A stretch of DNA of 64,000 nt from Amoebidium appalachense (taxonomy: Eukaryota; Protista; Ichthyosporea), in NCBI GenBank assembly GCA_963693365.1, contig CAVNZM010000004.1, forward strand, positions 13,597,928 through 13,661,927, written 5' to 3'. The position numbers and the translations under genes were made by a program. The first letter of the stretch is position 1; every line of letters begins with the position of its first letter. Below are positions 38,853 through 50,917 of this stretch, one piece after another. The notes below the pieces were generated by a model. The model saw nothing but the letters and a program-made list of their open reading frames with translations. It made no database searches and was not told where the DNA came from.

Positions 38853-40499
38853 TTGTCTCTTAAGGTTTGTGATGGCATGTGTTTCATACGTAGTCCATGG
38901 CCACATCATTTTAAAGACTTGTTAATGTGTGAAACTACATGTAACAGTTGCCGTTGTGTCATTGTTACAATCTCAACGGAGGCTCGCGAGGGCCCTTCAA
39001 TAATAAACCGTTGTTAACGGACGTTCACACTGTCTGATAGAAATTAGTACGTTCAGGTTGTCATGATCATCAGTGTAACATAAGAACTTATATTTCGGTG
39101 CATGTCGTGATATGCAGTGCGTTTCCCAGTGTCAGCAGCAGACCGCGACGGCTTTTCAGTGCACGGCTTTAATAGATAATGGAAGTGCCTGATGGACCGA
39201 AATGCGTGCCACTGGCCCGCGTGATCGTCACACCTCAACAGTCACCTCACTCTCAACGTGCACATGTATGCGTGGGCTCGGCATGCCATAGATGTCAGCA
39301 TGATAGATAACAAAAGTCTTACCCTTATCAGGTGCTGCTAACACAGGGACGGCTCAGGGTTAATGGCATAGATGCCCGGGCAGAGCTCGAGTGCGGGTTG
39401 TCCTAGACTACCTAGGGAATGTTATAAGTAAGGCAACACACCCACAATTGGCAGCCTGCAGCTGCAGCATTCGATATGGACCACTTTGGATCTATAATAG
39501 GCCGATCTGTGGAATGCGGCTCTGGAGCCATAGGGCCTTCCCGTGTGCAGACTGCGCAGCCGCGTTTTCCGTGCGAAACTTACAACACCTACAAGAACTG
39601 AAGCGACTCTATCTAACCTACTTTAAGCTAGTATAAGCGCACTTTTAGAGTAGTGAGTAATTGTATATGACACAAATAACAACAGTTTAAAATATTGGTT
39701 AAACAATCAAAAGCCCCGCACGCACATGCCCGCTCATCAGTAGAGCTGCAGTCTACCTCCGGAGTCTAGATCTGTGGACGTGGTGGTATGGTGTGTGGTT
39801 CACGGAACTATGGTTAGAAGACGCCGTGACGTGGCCCAGTAGAGTGAAAAAAGAACCTATAAGAGCCAAAGGTTATGCAGAGACCACTTTAACCCGGTCA
39901 CTGCAACTTTTTTTGTGTCATCGACAACAAGCCACTACACCTCAAACCTGTTACGGTAACCGGAGCTTGTCCCACTGTACGCCCGTTCTAGAAGGTGCAA
40001 ACAGTGGGGTTTTGGTGCTACCACTCAGAAGAAGCCAAATAAACATGACTTGGTTGTTCAGGCATAGGCTCAAGTTTGTCCCACCCCCATCATGCTCAAC
40101 TTATACACTGCCCATAACCACCCACCTGCCCGCCCCTGACTGCATGGGAAGGCCCGCCCGTACTAGTCCCCCCTCTACACAACTAACTTAGGCAAGAACA
40201 CCGGGCCGTAAGAAACACACACACACATACAAACAAAAATACACACAAACACACACACACACACGCACACACGCACACACGCACACACACATGTGCCCTT
40301 GCAGTCGCCTAAGAAAATAATTTTTCATTTTGCCTCTTTTCTGATTAAATATTCATGTGCCACCTGTGGGCATGTTTACCTTTGCTGCTGGCGATTTTTT
40401 ACTTTCTTCGTAAGCAGGTAGCAGACTGCACGTAGGCAATCAGCAAACAACGGCTGCAAATTTGTGCTGCCTCGCCGGAGAGGCTATGTACATGTGAAA

Positions 40500-40717
40500 A
40501 TTTTGTGACTTTTGTCCCTGAAATGCTGAAGTCTCGAAAAGTGTCCCTAACTTTTTGGGCTAGATCCACCGATTTTTCAACAGTGGCTCTACTATAGCCA
40601 TAAAGACAAAAATAATACCCCCTCAATACGGTTGATGGCTCTGTTGGTGTCATCCAGGCAAGGAAAACGCACCTACTAGCTAAAATGGCACCAGCCAAAA
40701 CCGAATTTCACACCCTG
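40500..40717 (-). mobile_element. Diverged hAT-like MITE copy A, upstream of the chitin synthase
   Basis: The reverse complement begins cagggtgtgaaattcggttttggctggtgcc and shares internal blocks (acagagcca.caaccg; aaaaag(t)tagggaca.ttttcg) with 49868-50050. Left boundary uncertain. Confidence 0.55.
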
Positions 40718-41260
40718 GCCATGGCAGATCCACCAATCAACTGAAATCCAATCAAAATTAAGACCCAATCAGAGAGGTGAAGATGCATTCCTGTGATCTT
40801 TGGTGACGCGGCTGTTTCAGCTGTGAAATACTGTATTATAGCCATTATTTTCGACCAAACACCTAAATATTTCATAAAATAACATTTATAAACGTCAAAC
40901 TGTAAATGGTTGTCCGTATATGACATTAACAGTGCTTAGAACCTCAGATCACCATGAGTCGATCACAGACCAATGAAAATAGACCATGATGATAACCAAT
41001 AGGAATTCAGCACAAATAGTTCTATTACACCAATCAGTTCACACGAGCGTGACAGATCACATGAAATGAACACACGTGTACAGCCTGGCACACATCCACA
41101 CACAAGTTGCGGACCAATAGGCTATGTCGCTGAGCCACGGGGTCAGCCATTTCACGCGTGCGACATGTGAAGGCGGAAGTATATAACTGCCCACCAGCCC
41201 ACTTTACCGATGCATACCAGGAAGTTGCACATGCAACTGCAGTAAATGCGAAATTTTTAA

Positions 41261-43468
41261 ATGGCGAGTCTCTCACACAGCGTCCAAGACGCCACGCCAA
41301 CCAAAGAGGGCAAGGTGAAAGACGATATGCTTGTTGGCTCCGTCGCCATCACCATTCCTTCGGAAACCAAAGCGGCAGTAGCCCATACCACAACCACCCT
41401 ACGCAGTTTTGTGGGGACACGGCACTTTTCTCCCGACCCCTCCACACAGTACTTCCCCCTGGCCGACCCCCACCCCAACCGTCGTGTAGCCGTGCTTGTG
41501 CCCTTCTACAATGAGGATGCCGCCGACATGCGCCGTACCCTCGAGGGTCTGGCCAGCCACGCGCTGGAGCTGAAGGAGTTGGGTGTGGTTATGTGCGCTG
41601 TGGCCGTCATGGATGGCTGGCACAAGGCCTCGCATGCCATGCATGCCTACCTGCGCACCCTCTTTCCTGGGTCTGTGGAAGTAGACGGCACCAGCAAGCC
41701 GTGGTGGGAGGTGGCTGAGAGCATAGGCCCGGCACAGAGCGAGGCCGGTGTGGCGACCCACGTGGTTGAAAATGTAGCAACGGTTAACCAAAAGGGCGAC
41801 GGAAGCATCAAGGTTGGGCCACCAGCTACCGTCGGCGTCAAGCTTGAAAACGGCATGTACCTAGAGCTCTCTCTAATTGTCAAGATGGACAACCGCAAGA
41901 AGCACAACTCCCACGAGTGGTTTTTACGTTCACACGGCCCGGCCCACGGTGCCCAGTACGTACTGACAACAGACTGCGGCACTGTGTTTGAGGCTGGCAG
42001 CATGTGCAAGTTTGTGCGCTACATGGACTCCCACTCCCAGTGCTCGGGCCTGACCGGCCGTCTTCGCTGCATGTCTGCACGGCAGCAGGGGTGTGAGGGT
42101 GAGGGTCTTATTGCCAAACTCAACCGTGCGTGTCAGCGAGTAGACTACGAGACCGTCAGCTTCCTCTTTCCTTTCTACCGCCTGGCCGGCACCATGCCAT
42201 GCCTCCATGGCCCATGTGGGTTCTTCCAACTAAGCGACATCCAGGGGGAAGCCATCGAATACTACTTTGGGCTGCTCAATGCCCACCCAGACCACGTGGG
42301 CATCTTCCACGGCAACCTGGTCATGGCCGAGGACCGTGTGCTCAGCATTGCTGCATTCACACAGACGGGCAAGTACACCACATGGCTGCCCGATGCGGTG
42401 TTCTACTGCGAGGCCGAGACAGACACCTACCGCCTTCTGGCTCAGCGACGAAGGTGGACAAACGGTGCACTGGCTGGTTTTTTGTGGCTGCTGGGCGGGG
42501 CGGGGATGGTGAAACCTGGGGCCGTGACCAACAAGTTCTACATGTTTCTGCGCTACATGTCGTCCCTGCTCACAAGCGCCATGTTTGTGCTCGAGGTTGC
42601 AACGGGGGCACTTACCGCCGCATTCTTCCTGTTTGTGGTGTGGGCCACTCTACTCACGGCATTTCCTACTTGGCCCATGTGGGCCTATGACGCGGTGGTT
42701 TTCAGCATCATGGGGCTGTGGTTTTCCTTCACGGTCGTGCACATGTTCACCAAGTTTGTGCGGCCCTTCTACTACTTTATGCTCGTGCTCGGTGCCGTCC
42801 TAGCCGCCCTGATCACTGCATCTGCATGGCGCGGTTTTGCGCTTGTGTTTGAGGGCAAGCGGGAAATGGGTGTGCCGCAGTACTATGCCCTGATTGCCAT
42901 TGTGTGCCCGCTTCTGTTTTCACTCTTCAGCGGCACATCATCATTTGTCATCACAGCAACCAACATTATTCCCGCCATACTTATGGAGCCCACCTTCAAC
43001 GGTCTCTTCCGCATGTACTCCTTTGCACGTACATGGGACGTCACTTGGGGCTCCCGTCCACCTGCACCGTTGGCCTCTACATCAGAACTGCCCACATACA
43101 CGTCCGAAAATGAATTGGAGCCCCCCCAGCAAGCAAAAAAAAAACCCCTCGTCCCACGAATCCCCACCAAAGTGCAGGGAGTGCTCATAGCGGTGCTGGT
43201 TCTTGTCAGCAACGGGCTTGTGTTTGTGTTTCTACGGCCGTCCCTTCAACTTATCGCAAGTGGGCGGTGGGCGCTCATTTTCATGTGTCTTCAGCCATCA
43301 GCCATTCTGCACGTGTGTGCCTCCTTCGTCTTCTACATGTGGTATACCCCTCACACTATCTACAAAACGGCAAAGGGCGTAGCCAGGAGGTGGAGGCAGA
43401 GGCCCATCCACAGGCAAAACGAAGCATGGTCACCGTCTGCAAGGAGCAGCATCATGTCCCAAGTGTAG
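41261..43468 (+). CDS. CHS: Chitin synthase (GT2, division-1-like), 735 aa, intronless
   Basis: Uninterrupted ORF with P.YNE, KKHNSHEWF, DCGT, PCLHGPCG, MAEDRVL, QRRRW and DVTWGSR motifs and multiple C-terminal transmembrane segments. Confidence 0.95.
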   Translation: MASLSHSVQDATPTKEGKVKDDMLVGSVAITIPSETKAAVAHTTTTLRSFVGTRHFSPDPSTQYFPLADPHPNRRVAVLVPFYNEDAADMRRTLEGLASHALELKELGVVMCAVAVMDGWHKASHAMHAYLRTLFPGSVEVDGTSKPWWEVAESIGPAQSEAGVATHVVENVATVNQKGDGSIKVGPPATVGVKLENGMYLELSLIVKMDNRKKHNSHEWFLRSHGPAHGAQYVLTTDCGTVFEAGSMCKFVRYMDSHSQCSGLTGRLRCMSARQQGCEGEGLIAKLNRACQRVDYETVSFLFPFYRLAGTMPCLHGPCGFFQLSDIQGEAIEYYFGLLNAHPDHVGIFHGNLVMAEDRVLSIAAFTQTGKYTTWLPDAVFYCEAETDTYRLLAQRRRWTNGALAGFLWLLGGAGMVKPGAVTNKFYMFLRYMSSLLTSAMFVLEVATGALTAAFFLFVVWATLLTAFPTWPMWAYDAVVFSIMGLWFSFTVVHMFTKFVRPFYYFMLVLGAVLAALITASAWRGFALVFEGKREMGVPQYYALIAIVCPLLFSLFSGTSSFVITATNIIPAILMEPTFNGLFRMYSFARTWDVTWGSRPPAPLASTSELPTYTSENELEPPQQAKKKPLVPRIPTKVQGVLIAVLVLVSNGLVFVFLRPSLQLIASGRWALIFMCLQPSAILHVCASFVFYMWYTPHTIYKTAKGVARRWRQRPIHRQNEAWSPSARSSIMSQV

Positions 43469-43942
43469 GCCATGTGCATGTGTTACTATATTTAGTAATA
43501 GCTCCCTATATATATTTCGTTGGTTGGTTGACCCTGCTGGGCTGGGTCATGAGATTTACTACGTAGAAAGTATGTGGGCGGACACTAAGCTATATAATGT
43601 ATAATGAATGAAAAAATGCTTCTGTACACTATGTATTTAACGCATGATACTCGAAACCGCTTTCAAGCTTGACAATGTACAGTATGTGATGAAATCGATG
43701 AACAAGAACATGAAGAAAGGACTTGATACCGATGTATACATTTGCCACCGTATGAAAGATGAATCAAACGACGTCTTTTTCTCGTTCGATAACCAGTTGA
43801 TGTAAGCCTCCTGTCGAGCCCCCCCCCCCCCCCCCTCCCCCCCCCCCAAAAAAAACAAAAAAAAAAAAAAAAAAAAAAACACCTCCCCCCTGCTCGGTCC
43901 CCCCACTCCCCCCCCCCCCCTCCCCCTCCCCCTCTTCCCCTT

Positions 43943-43975
<33 letters not shown>

Positions 43976-44251
43976 TCCCCCCCTCCCCTCCCGCACCCCT
44001 CCGCACCCCCCCTCACCCCACCCCCTCCCTGCCGACCCGAGCATGGGCGTGCTTCTAATGCATACTCTAGGTGTAAATTTGCAAATTTTGCATTCAAGTA
44101 GGTCAGTCGTAAATGGGCGCTTCGTCCACGGTACCACCTGCAAAACCCTTGAAACCGCTTTGCCTAACCAAACACACCTCACTTACCCCCCCCCCCCCCC
44201 CCCCCCCCCCCCCCTTCCCCTCCCTCTCCTCTCCCCCCCCCCCTCTCCCCC

Positions 44252-44282
<31 letters not shown>

Positions 44283-44325
44283 AAAAAAAAAAAACCCTCT
44301 TTGAAATACACACACGCGCGCGTGT

Positions 44326-44389
<64 letters not shown>

Positions 44390-44396
44390 ACACCCA

Positions 44397-44441
<45 letters not shown>

Positions 44442-45210
44442 GAATACATCCCTCCTGCAGGCAAACACACTAGTAAGCACACAGGCATAAGGGCAACACA
44501 TGCAAGGACATAGACACTGCATTGATTTAGAAGTGCCTCCCTCCCCCCCTCCCCCTCCCCCCCCCCCCCCCCGTGCACACACACACACCCACATCTCATC
44601 CATGCACACACAAAACGAAGGACCCCCCGTGCCACACACACGCTGATACACACAGTTGCAACAATGCAGACAGACACGAAGTTCAACACACACACACAGC
44701 ACCCTTTCATCTCAAACAGCTTGACTCAAGTTGGCGCACACAAGCACCCACGTGCACACATACACACTTAAACGAAAGGAATTTGTTTTTTTCCCACTCT
44801 GCTTGCTTCTCAGCACATCAGCAAATTTAACCTACCCCTCCGTTGCTGCTCTACCCCCTCCCCCCCCCCCCCCCCCCCCCCCAACTTCCTCCCCCCTCCT
44901 CCCCCCCCCCCCCCTCCCCCTCCCTCCCCCCTCCCCCCCGGCAGACCACCCACCCACCCACGGATCCCACAGGGAACAACTTCGGACACACATGCACAGT
45001 GTCACACATGCACGGGGGAAGGGGGGGGGGGGGGACGGGGTAAGCTTGTGTGGGTGGTGGTGTGCTGATCGTGCTTGTGACCGCATCTGAATTCTCTGAG
45101 TCTCTCCCACCCTCCCCTCTCTCTTCTTCCTTTGCGCTCCCCCTCCTCCCCTCCCCCCCCCCCCCCCCCCCCCCAAACGTGCGTCTCTAGTTGGTGGGGG
45201 TAGGTGCGGG

Positions 45211-45246
<36 letters not shown>

Positions 45247-45975
45247 GGGGGGGCGGGGGGGGGGGGCTAGTGAATTAAACTGTGTGCGAGTGTCTGTGTT
45301 CCTGTGTGTGCTGCATTGGAATGAAAAAGTGATGAAACACAGAACTGGAATACTGTGGGGAGAGGGGGGGGGGAAAGGGGACAGCCTGGCAGGGCACTTT
45401 GCGTTCACCATACGAATTTCTTTATTGTGTTACTTCCGGAAAAGGAAGCCCGAACCTGAAATTATAAATAACATGTGAGGGCAGGAGGCCGGGGGGGTTG
45501 CTATAGGTGTAGAAACTATCCCGGAAATCGTAATCGCAATCTCGTGCAAACGGGGATAAAGAAACAAGTTGGGGCAAAGCCATGCCTGCGGGCGGACACG
45601 GTACACACACATGGGACACAGATCAGGGGTACAAACGGGCAGAACACATGAACAGCATGGGGAAGAATCCGAGTTTTATGTTGCAACTTTGTGTGGTGGT
45701 TGCGCACTGCGCCCCTACATATATGTACACATACATGGTCGCAAAAGTCGTTTCACAATGAGGTTGCATGGTAACACAACCACACTCCATTTCAGTGCAT
45801 ACCTTGCTCGTCAATACATCAGCGGAACTTTCATGTGGCCATCAGCAAAAAACCGGAAGTCTCGACAGTCTGAGAATACATCTCACAGATAAGATCATGC
45901 CTAAAATGTCTGGACACGACATAAAATCTTCCAGTCTCTAGCACCCCCCGGTGTCTGTTTTATGTCTGTTTTATG

Positions 45976-46203
45976 TCACACCATATATCCCTCACCGTCG
46001 TGTCTGAGTGACCCAGCCAAAGCACGCTGCAACAAGTATTGGTACGTGGGCATGCCCAGACACCACATGTACACATGAAACAGAAACAGAAACACCATAG
46101 GGAGACCCACACACAGGGCTACCGCCCCTTGGCCCACGGCCAACCAGAGAAGACTGGGGGGCATGATGCCGCCATAGCCCAGTGCTTGGAGAACACCGTA
46201 GAC

Positions 46204-46251
<48 letters not shown>

Positions 46252-47281
46252 GTGCACAGGCATGTGCATGTACGTGTGCGTGTTTCTGTGTGTGTGTGGG
46301 GGGGGGAAAGGATGGTGAGAAGGGGAGGGAGAGAGAGGGAGACATTCCGAGAGACTACTGTTTGAAAGAGAGAGGGTGAGAGTGAGTGCCTGTGTATGCA
46401 GAAAGGGGGGGGGGGGGGGGGGGGGGGGGGGTAAAGGTTGTAGGGAGAGGGGGAGGTGAGGACGGAGGGAGGATAATTGCATTTTGTTAGCCTACCCAAT
46501 CCTACATATTGGCGGGAAGGCGTTGACGTGACAAGCGAGGCTGTGTGGGAATATAGGCACATACACGCCTTGTGTGTGTGTGTGTGTGTGTGCGTGCATG
46601 CGTGTGTGTGCGTGTTTGTGGGGGGGTGGGGAGGGAGGGAGGGAGGAGGGGGGGAGAAGCGGGGTTTTGGGACTGGGACGAAAGCAGTGGGAAAATGGGA
46701 AGAAATAATACCAATCATGAAGCTGTTCTGGTATGTGCCCACACACCAATCAGCCACACATCACCTTCTGCCACCGTGCAGTGCCTCCCCCTCCCCCCTC
46801 CCTTTCCCTCACAACCTTCATGCAAATACTCAGCTCCCCTCCCCCCTCCCACCTCCTCCTTCCCCAGCCCCTCGGACACACACGACAGATCCACTCGACA
46901 CAGAGAAGCCGTCCAAACCTAACCCTCCACTCTTTACCCTCCCCGCCTCCCACATCAGCCAAAGTGAAAGAAAGACAGACGTGTTTTGACACTGGCTTGA
47001 AAAATCACGTGCTATATGTTTGCACATTTCATGGCACCAACACACACCTTGAGTAAACATGGCTGCAGCAAAGCATGCCGTGCATCCAACAAAACTCACA
47101 TAGTTCCTCTCCCCGATGCAGGTGTTCAAATAGCGGCAGTGGTGGTCAAACCCCACCACACAGCGGTTGCATGCCCGGCAGTGGTACTGCCCGGCCCCAC
47201 CTGTGACGTCACATATGCTGCACTGGGTGGACTCCTGCCGTGGGTTAAACACACGTCAATGAATGTGCAGTTGGGGGGGGG

Positions 47282-47319
<38 letters not shown>

Positions 47320-48347
47320 GGAGAGGGGAGAAGGAGAGAGGGATGAGAGGGAGCAGGACGTAGAGGGGGAAGGGGGTGGGGAAGAGAGCACGAGAGAGAG
47401 AGAGAAAGGCAGAGAGAGAGATAGAGGAGACAGAGGGGTGCGGGGGGAGGATAGGGGGAGAAAATGAGAAAAAGAGCAAAAGAGATAAAGGATAGAAGAG
47501 GGGAGGGGGGAGGGGAGGGGAGCGGGAGGGAGAGGTGAGGGGGTTGGTGTTCAAACCACGAACTCCAATCCACGAAACGACAAAATACGACAAAAGGGCT
47601 GTCTGTCTGTGTGGTGTGTGATCAGTGTGTGTGCGCGTGCGTGTCTGTGAAGAAAAGCAAGTGTGGGTGGGTGTGGGCGGGAGACACTCACTAAGCCTCA
47701 ACCAGCGGCATGTGGGTGTTTTGTGTTGCCTTTCCACCCCCATACCCCCCTCCAAACCCAAACAAAGAAATAGGTAGCGGTAGGAAGTCAAGACAGGAAA
47801 GAATGCAGGCACACCCAGGCACTTATTTGAGTCTATCTGTTTTACGAGCTTTTGAATCGAATACTTTGACACACACGGGCCCCATTGGATATATTTAAAG
47901 ACACGGCAAACACACCCACCCATACAAGTGCCCCCCCCGCCCCCCCCCCCCCCCCCCTCCCCCCCCTCACTGCACACCCACCTACGCCAAATTGCGACAC
48001 CCCCCCCTCCCGCCACACACAACAAACACACACAAAACCGCCCCATCCTCCGCTTCCCCTACCCCCTCCCTCCCTTTTGCCCTCGTCCTCTCCACCGCCA
48101 CCCACCCACCCACCCCACCCACCCTTCTATCCACACCCACCAACACCACCCAGCCACACACACACGAAAAGGTCTCACCTTCCCCCTCCTCCTCCCCCGC
48201 CACCCCCTCTCCACACATACGCCCCACCACTGCCACAACCCCCCCTCCCCCATCCACCACACGTGTCCCCACTCCATACCCACCAACACTACACAGCCAT
48301 TGAGACCCAGCAGTCCCTTCCCTCCCCCTCTATCTCACCCCCCTTCC

Positions 48348-48381
<34 letters not shown>

Positions 48382-49312
48382 CCCCCACCGTTACCACCAC
48401 GGCACCCGTCACCCCACCCATCCCTCAATCGTCACCCGCCAACACCACACAGCTACACCGAAAAAAGCTCTCCGCCCTCCCCCTTCCTCACCAATCCACA
48501 CCTCTACCCCCCCCACTCACCTACCCACCTCGTCATCCACGTCTCCTGCCTGTCCTTGGCCAAACATTGGCGGTGCCCCAAACCGCGCAAAAAATGAAGA
48601 CTCTGCCTGTAGTGGTGATGTTTGATACTGCACCTGTGCCCTGCCCTGTGTGTCTCCCTGCAGGAGCGCTGTTCTCTCCCCATCCTGCTCGCTTGTATGT
48701 TGAGGTTGGGTGGGTGTGATTGGTAGCCTCTCAAGATTTCCTGGTGCCGCTATTACCGACGTGCCCGTGGTACAAATAGTAGGGAGGTAACTTTTGGGCC
48801 GGGCCAGTGGGTGCGTGACATCGGCCAAAGTGCTATGAAGGTAGGCAGCGGCCCCAATAACCACCAGGGCAGCATGCAGGGCTAACACAGCTACCTGTGG
48901 GGGAGGACAGAGTAATGTTGGTGGACACATAGGATTGTCGCTTTGTCAAGCTAAAGCAAGTTCTGCAGAAGCATAGGGATCTGCAAAACTTTGGACGAGT
49001 CGGGAAAGCAGGCGACGCTGAGCGCCTTTCCTGTGTTATAGCTGCGGCTAAACATAAATGAGCCACGAGAACCAGAGAATAGGCCCAAAAATAGACAAAA
49101 AGAAGTCACCGAAAGCGGAAGGCAAGGAGAGGGGCGAGGTAGGTGAGAGGAGAAGGAAACGGGGTTGGCTCAGGGTTGAAGGGGTGTGGGGAGGCAAGTT
49201 GGGGAAGGAAGGATGTTTTGGGGGAACGGTGGGAGTGAATGAGCGAGTAGGAGTGGGGTGGGAGGTGAAGGGTGCGGGGAAAGGGACAGGTGGGAGAGGG
49301 GAGGGGGGGGGG

Positions 49313-49352
<40 letters not shown>

Positions 49353-49530
49353 GGGGGTGCAGAGTTCTCACCTGCCAGTGCCACAGGGCCGAGCGTCTGG
49401 CCATAAGGGTCACGTGCAGGTAGTACGCACACACGGTCAGCACCATCACCACAAACAGCCCGACCTGCTGCGTGTGCAGAGGCAGTTGAAGGCCATGTCG
49501 CCGGTAGAAGGCACCCTCGGGCACAACCAT
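45976..49530 (-). CDS. DHHC palmitoyltransferase (ZDHHC1/11-like N-terminus), ~313 aa, 4 exons
   Basis: Exons 49530-49372, 48894-48529, 47234-47048, 46205-45976; sum 942 nt. Motifs [47 protein letters not shown]...GMPTYQY. The 3' end could continue through a donor near 45995. Confidence 0.88.
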
Positions 49531-49867
49531 GTTGCTGAGTAAGGGGGGAAGAGACTAGAGTGAAGATTGGACTGTGGAGAGCGTCAACCTTGTAAGCTCA
49601 TTACTTTTCGCCGGTTTTGTTGGCGTCTCAACCATATGAAGCGTTTACTGTGCTCAAGCCCAAACACCATGTGTTGTTTTAGCCCATCTTTCCACTTTGC
49701 TCTATAGGTCCGTAGCATAGCTTTGTGCGCAACACCCTTTTGTTTGTCCACGTCCCCTCTCGCCTGTTTTTTTCGTTGCCAGAGAAAGTAAACAAATTCC
49801 TCAGGCGTACATGGCACCGCTGTCCGCCGTCGTCGGTTGAGTTCGTTTTGCGTCCAAGCAACGGTTT

Positions 49868-50050
49868 CAGGGTTTGAAATTTGTTTTTGACTGGTGCCCT
49901 TTTGGTACCTTTACCAGCTTGAATGGCCCTGACAGAGCCAACAACCGGCCCTGTTATGGCCAGATTTTGGAGAATTGATGAGCCTAACCTCAAAAAAGTA
50001 GGGACAATTTTCGGACTTTTAGGGGCAATTTTCTGGTTCTAAACCCCCTA
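49868..50050 (+). mobile_element. Diverged hAT-like MITE copy B in the DHHC/carboxypeptidase divergent intergenic region
   Basis: Ends cagggtttgaaa ... tctaaaccccta resemble a YAGGG-type imperfect TIR. Homologous to 40500-40717. No clear 8-bp TSD. Confidence 0.55.
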
Positions 50051-50114
50051 TAAAGTCATTATAAAAGAAAAAAGAAAATTCACAGCCTGAACGCTTCAAC
50101 GCGCACATTCCACA

Positions 50115-50310
50115 AGAACCAATCAAACTCAAAGCCATAGCCGCTTGCCATTTAAGGCAACGATTTGCCTCTGGAATGTAGCTTTCACACTTTCCTATTG
50201 GCTTACTTTTGTTTTCCAAATGAGAAGTGCAGAGCGAAGCAGAAAGGTATCTGCTTTTGATTGGGCCAGAAATGATAGTTGTGTCATAAGCGCAATTTGA
50301 TTGGCTTACG
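50115..50310. promoter_or_regulatory. CCAAT-box cluster in a probable bidirectional promoter
   Basis: CCAAT at 50119 and ATTGG at 50197, 50260 and 50300, between the divergent ATGs at 49530 (-) and 50918 (+). Confidence 0.5.
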
Positions 50311-50917
50311 CAGTCCCAACAACAACAGAATGAAGCAAAACAAAAGCGGCAGCGTGCTCTTTCCTCAGTCAGTTTGCTCTTCTCTTGAGGTAGGCCGCGC
50401 ACTCCGAGTGGAGTATTCTTTTACCTATGTAGCTAAGCCAGTAATCCTTCCACGCACTCGCTCTTCGTCAAAGTCCCATTCTGCCCTTTAGATTCCAGCT
50501 GCATTCGCACAACATACGTTGGCGTGCTGCTGAAGTTCTTCAAGGCTGAGTTTTGAGGTTCGCTTCGAGGGTGTTGGTGACGACCCTTACACTGTAGCTG
50601 GCAGCGTCTGTCTCTTGGTGTCCGCGCACTCGATTCTATTTCTTTGTAACGGCCTGTGCTCTTTCGTTCATTTTTCCTTCTCGGTGTTCATGATCTTCTC
50701 TTTGCCTCACGATCCACCTGCATTGTTCAGCCCCCTCCTCCCAACATACAGTCCTGTTGTGTGAAAGTTTGAAACTTCCGTTCTCGGGGCCAAGATCACG
50801 ACAACACAAGAGATGATCAATCTCCTCACCACCACCCACCTTTTCGCCCTCCAACATACACGTAGCCTCCTGGTTTCCCTTCTCTGACCCCGCTCTCTTT
50901 CGCAGCAACGCCCCAAC

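Noticed and set aside
39391-39636. ORF with FPCADCAAAFS resembling a C2H2 zinc finger
   Set aside because: His spacing is wrong, the second His is missing, and there is no ATG start or convincing splice context.
44780-45900. Two TGC-TGA codon pairs in putative exon frames suggesting selenocysteine or readthrough
   Set aside because: The exon joining is speculative, no SECIS was recognised, and TGA serves as a normal stop in the DHHC model.
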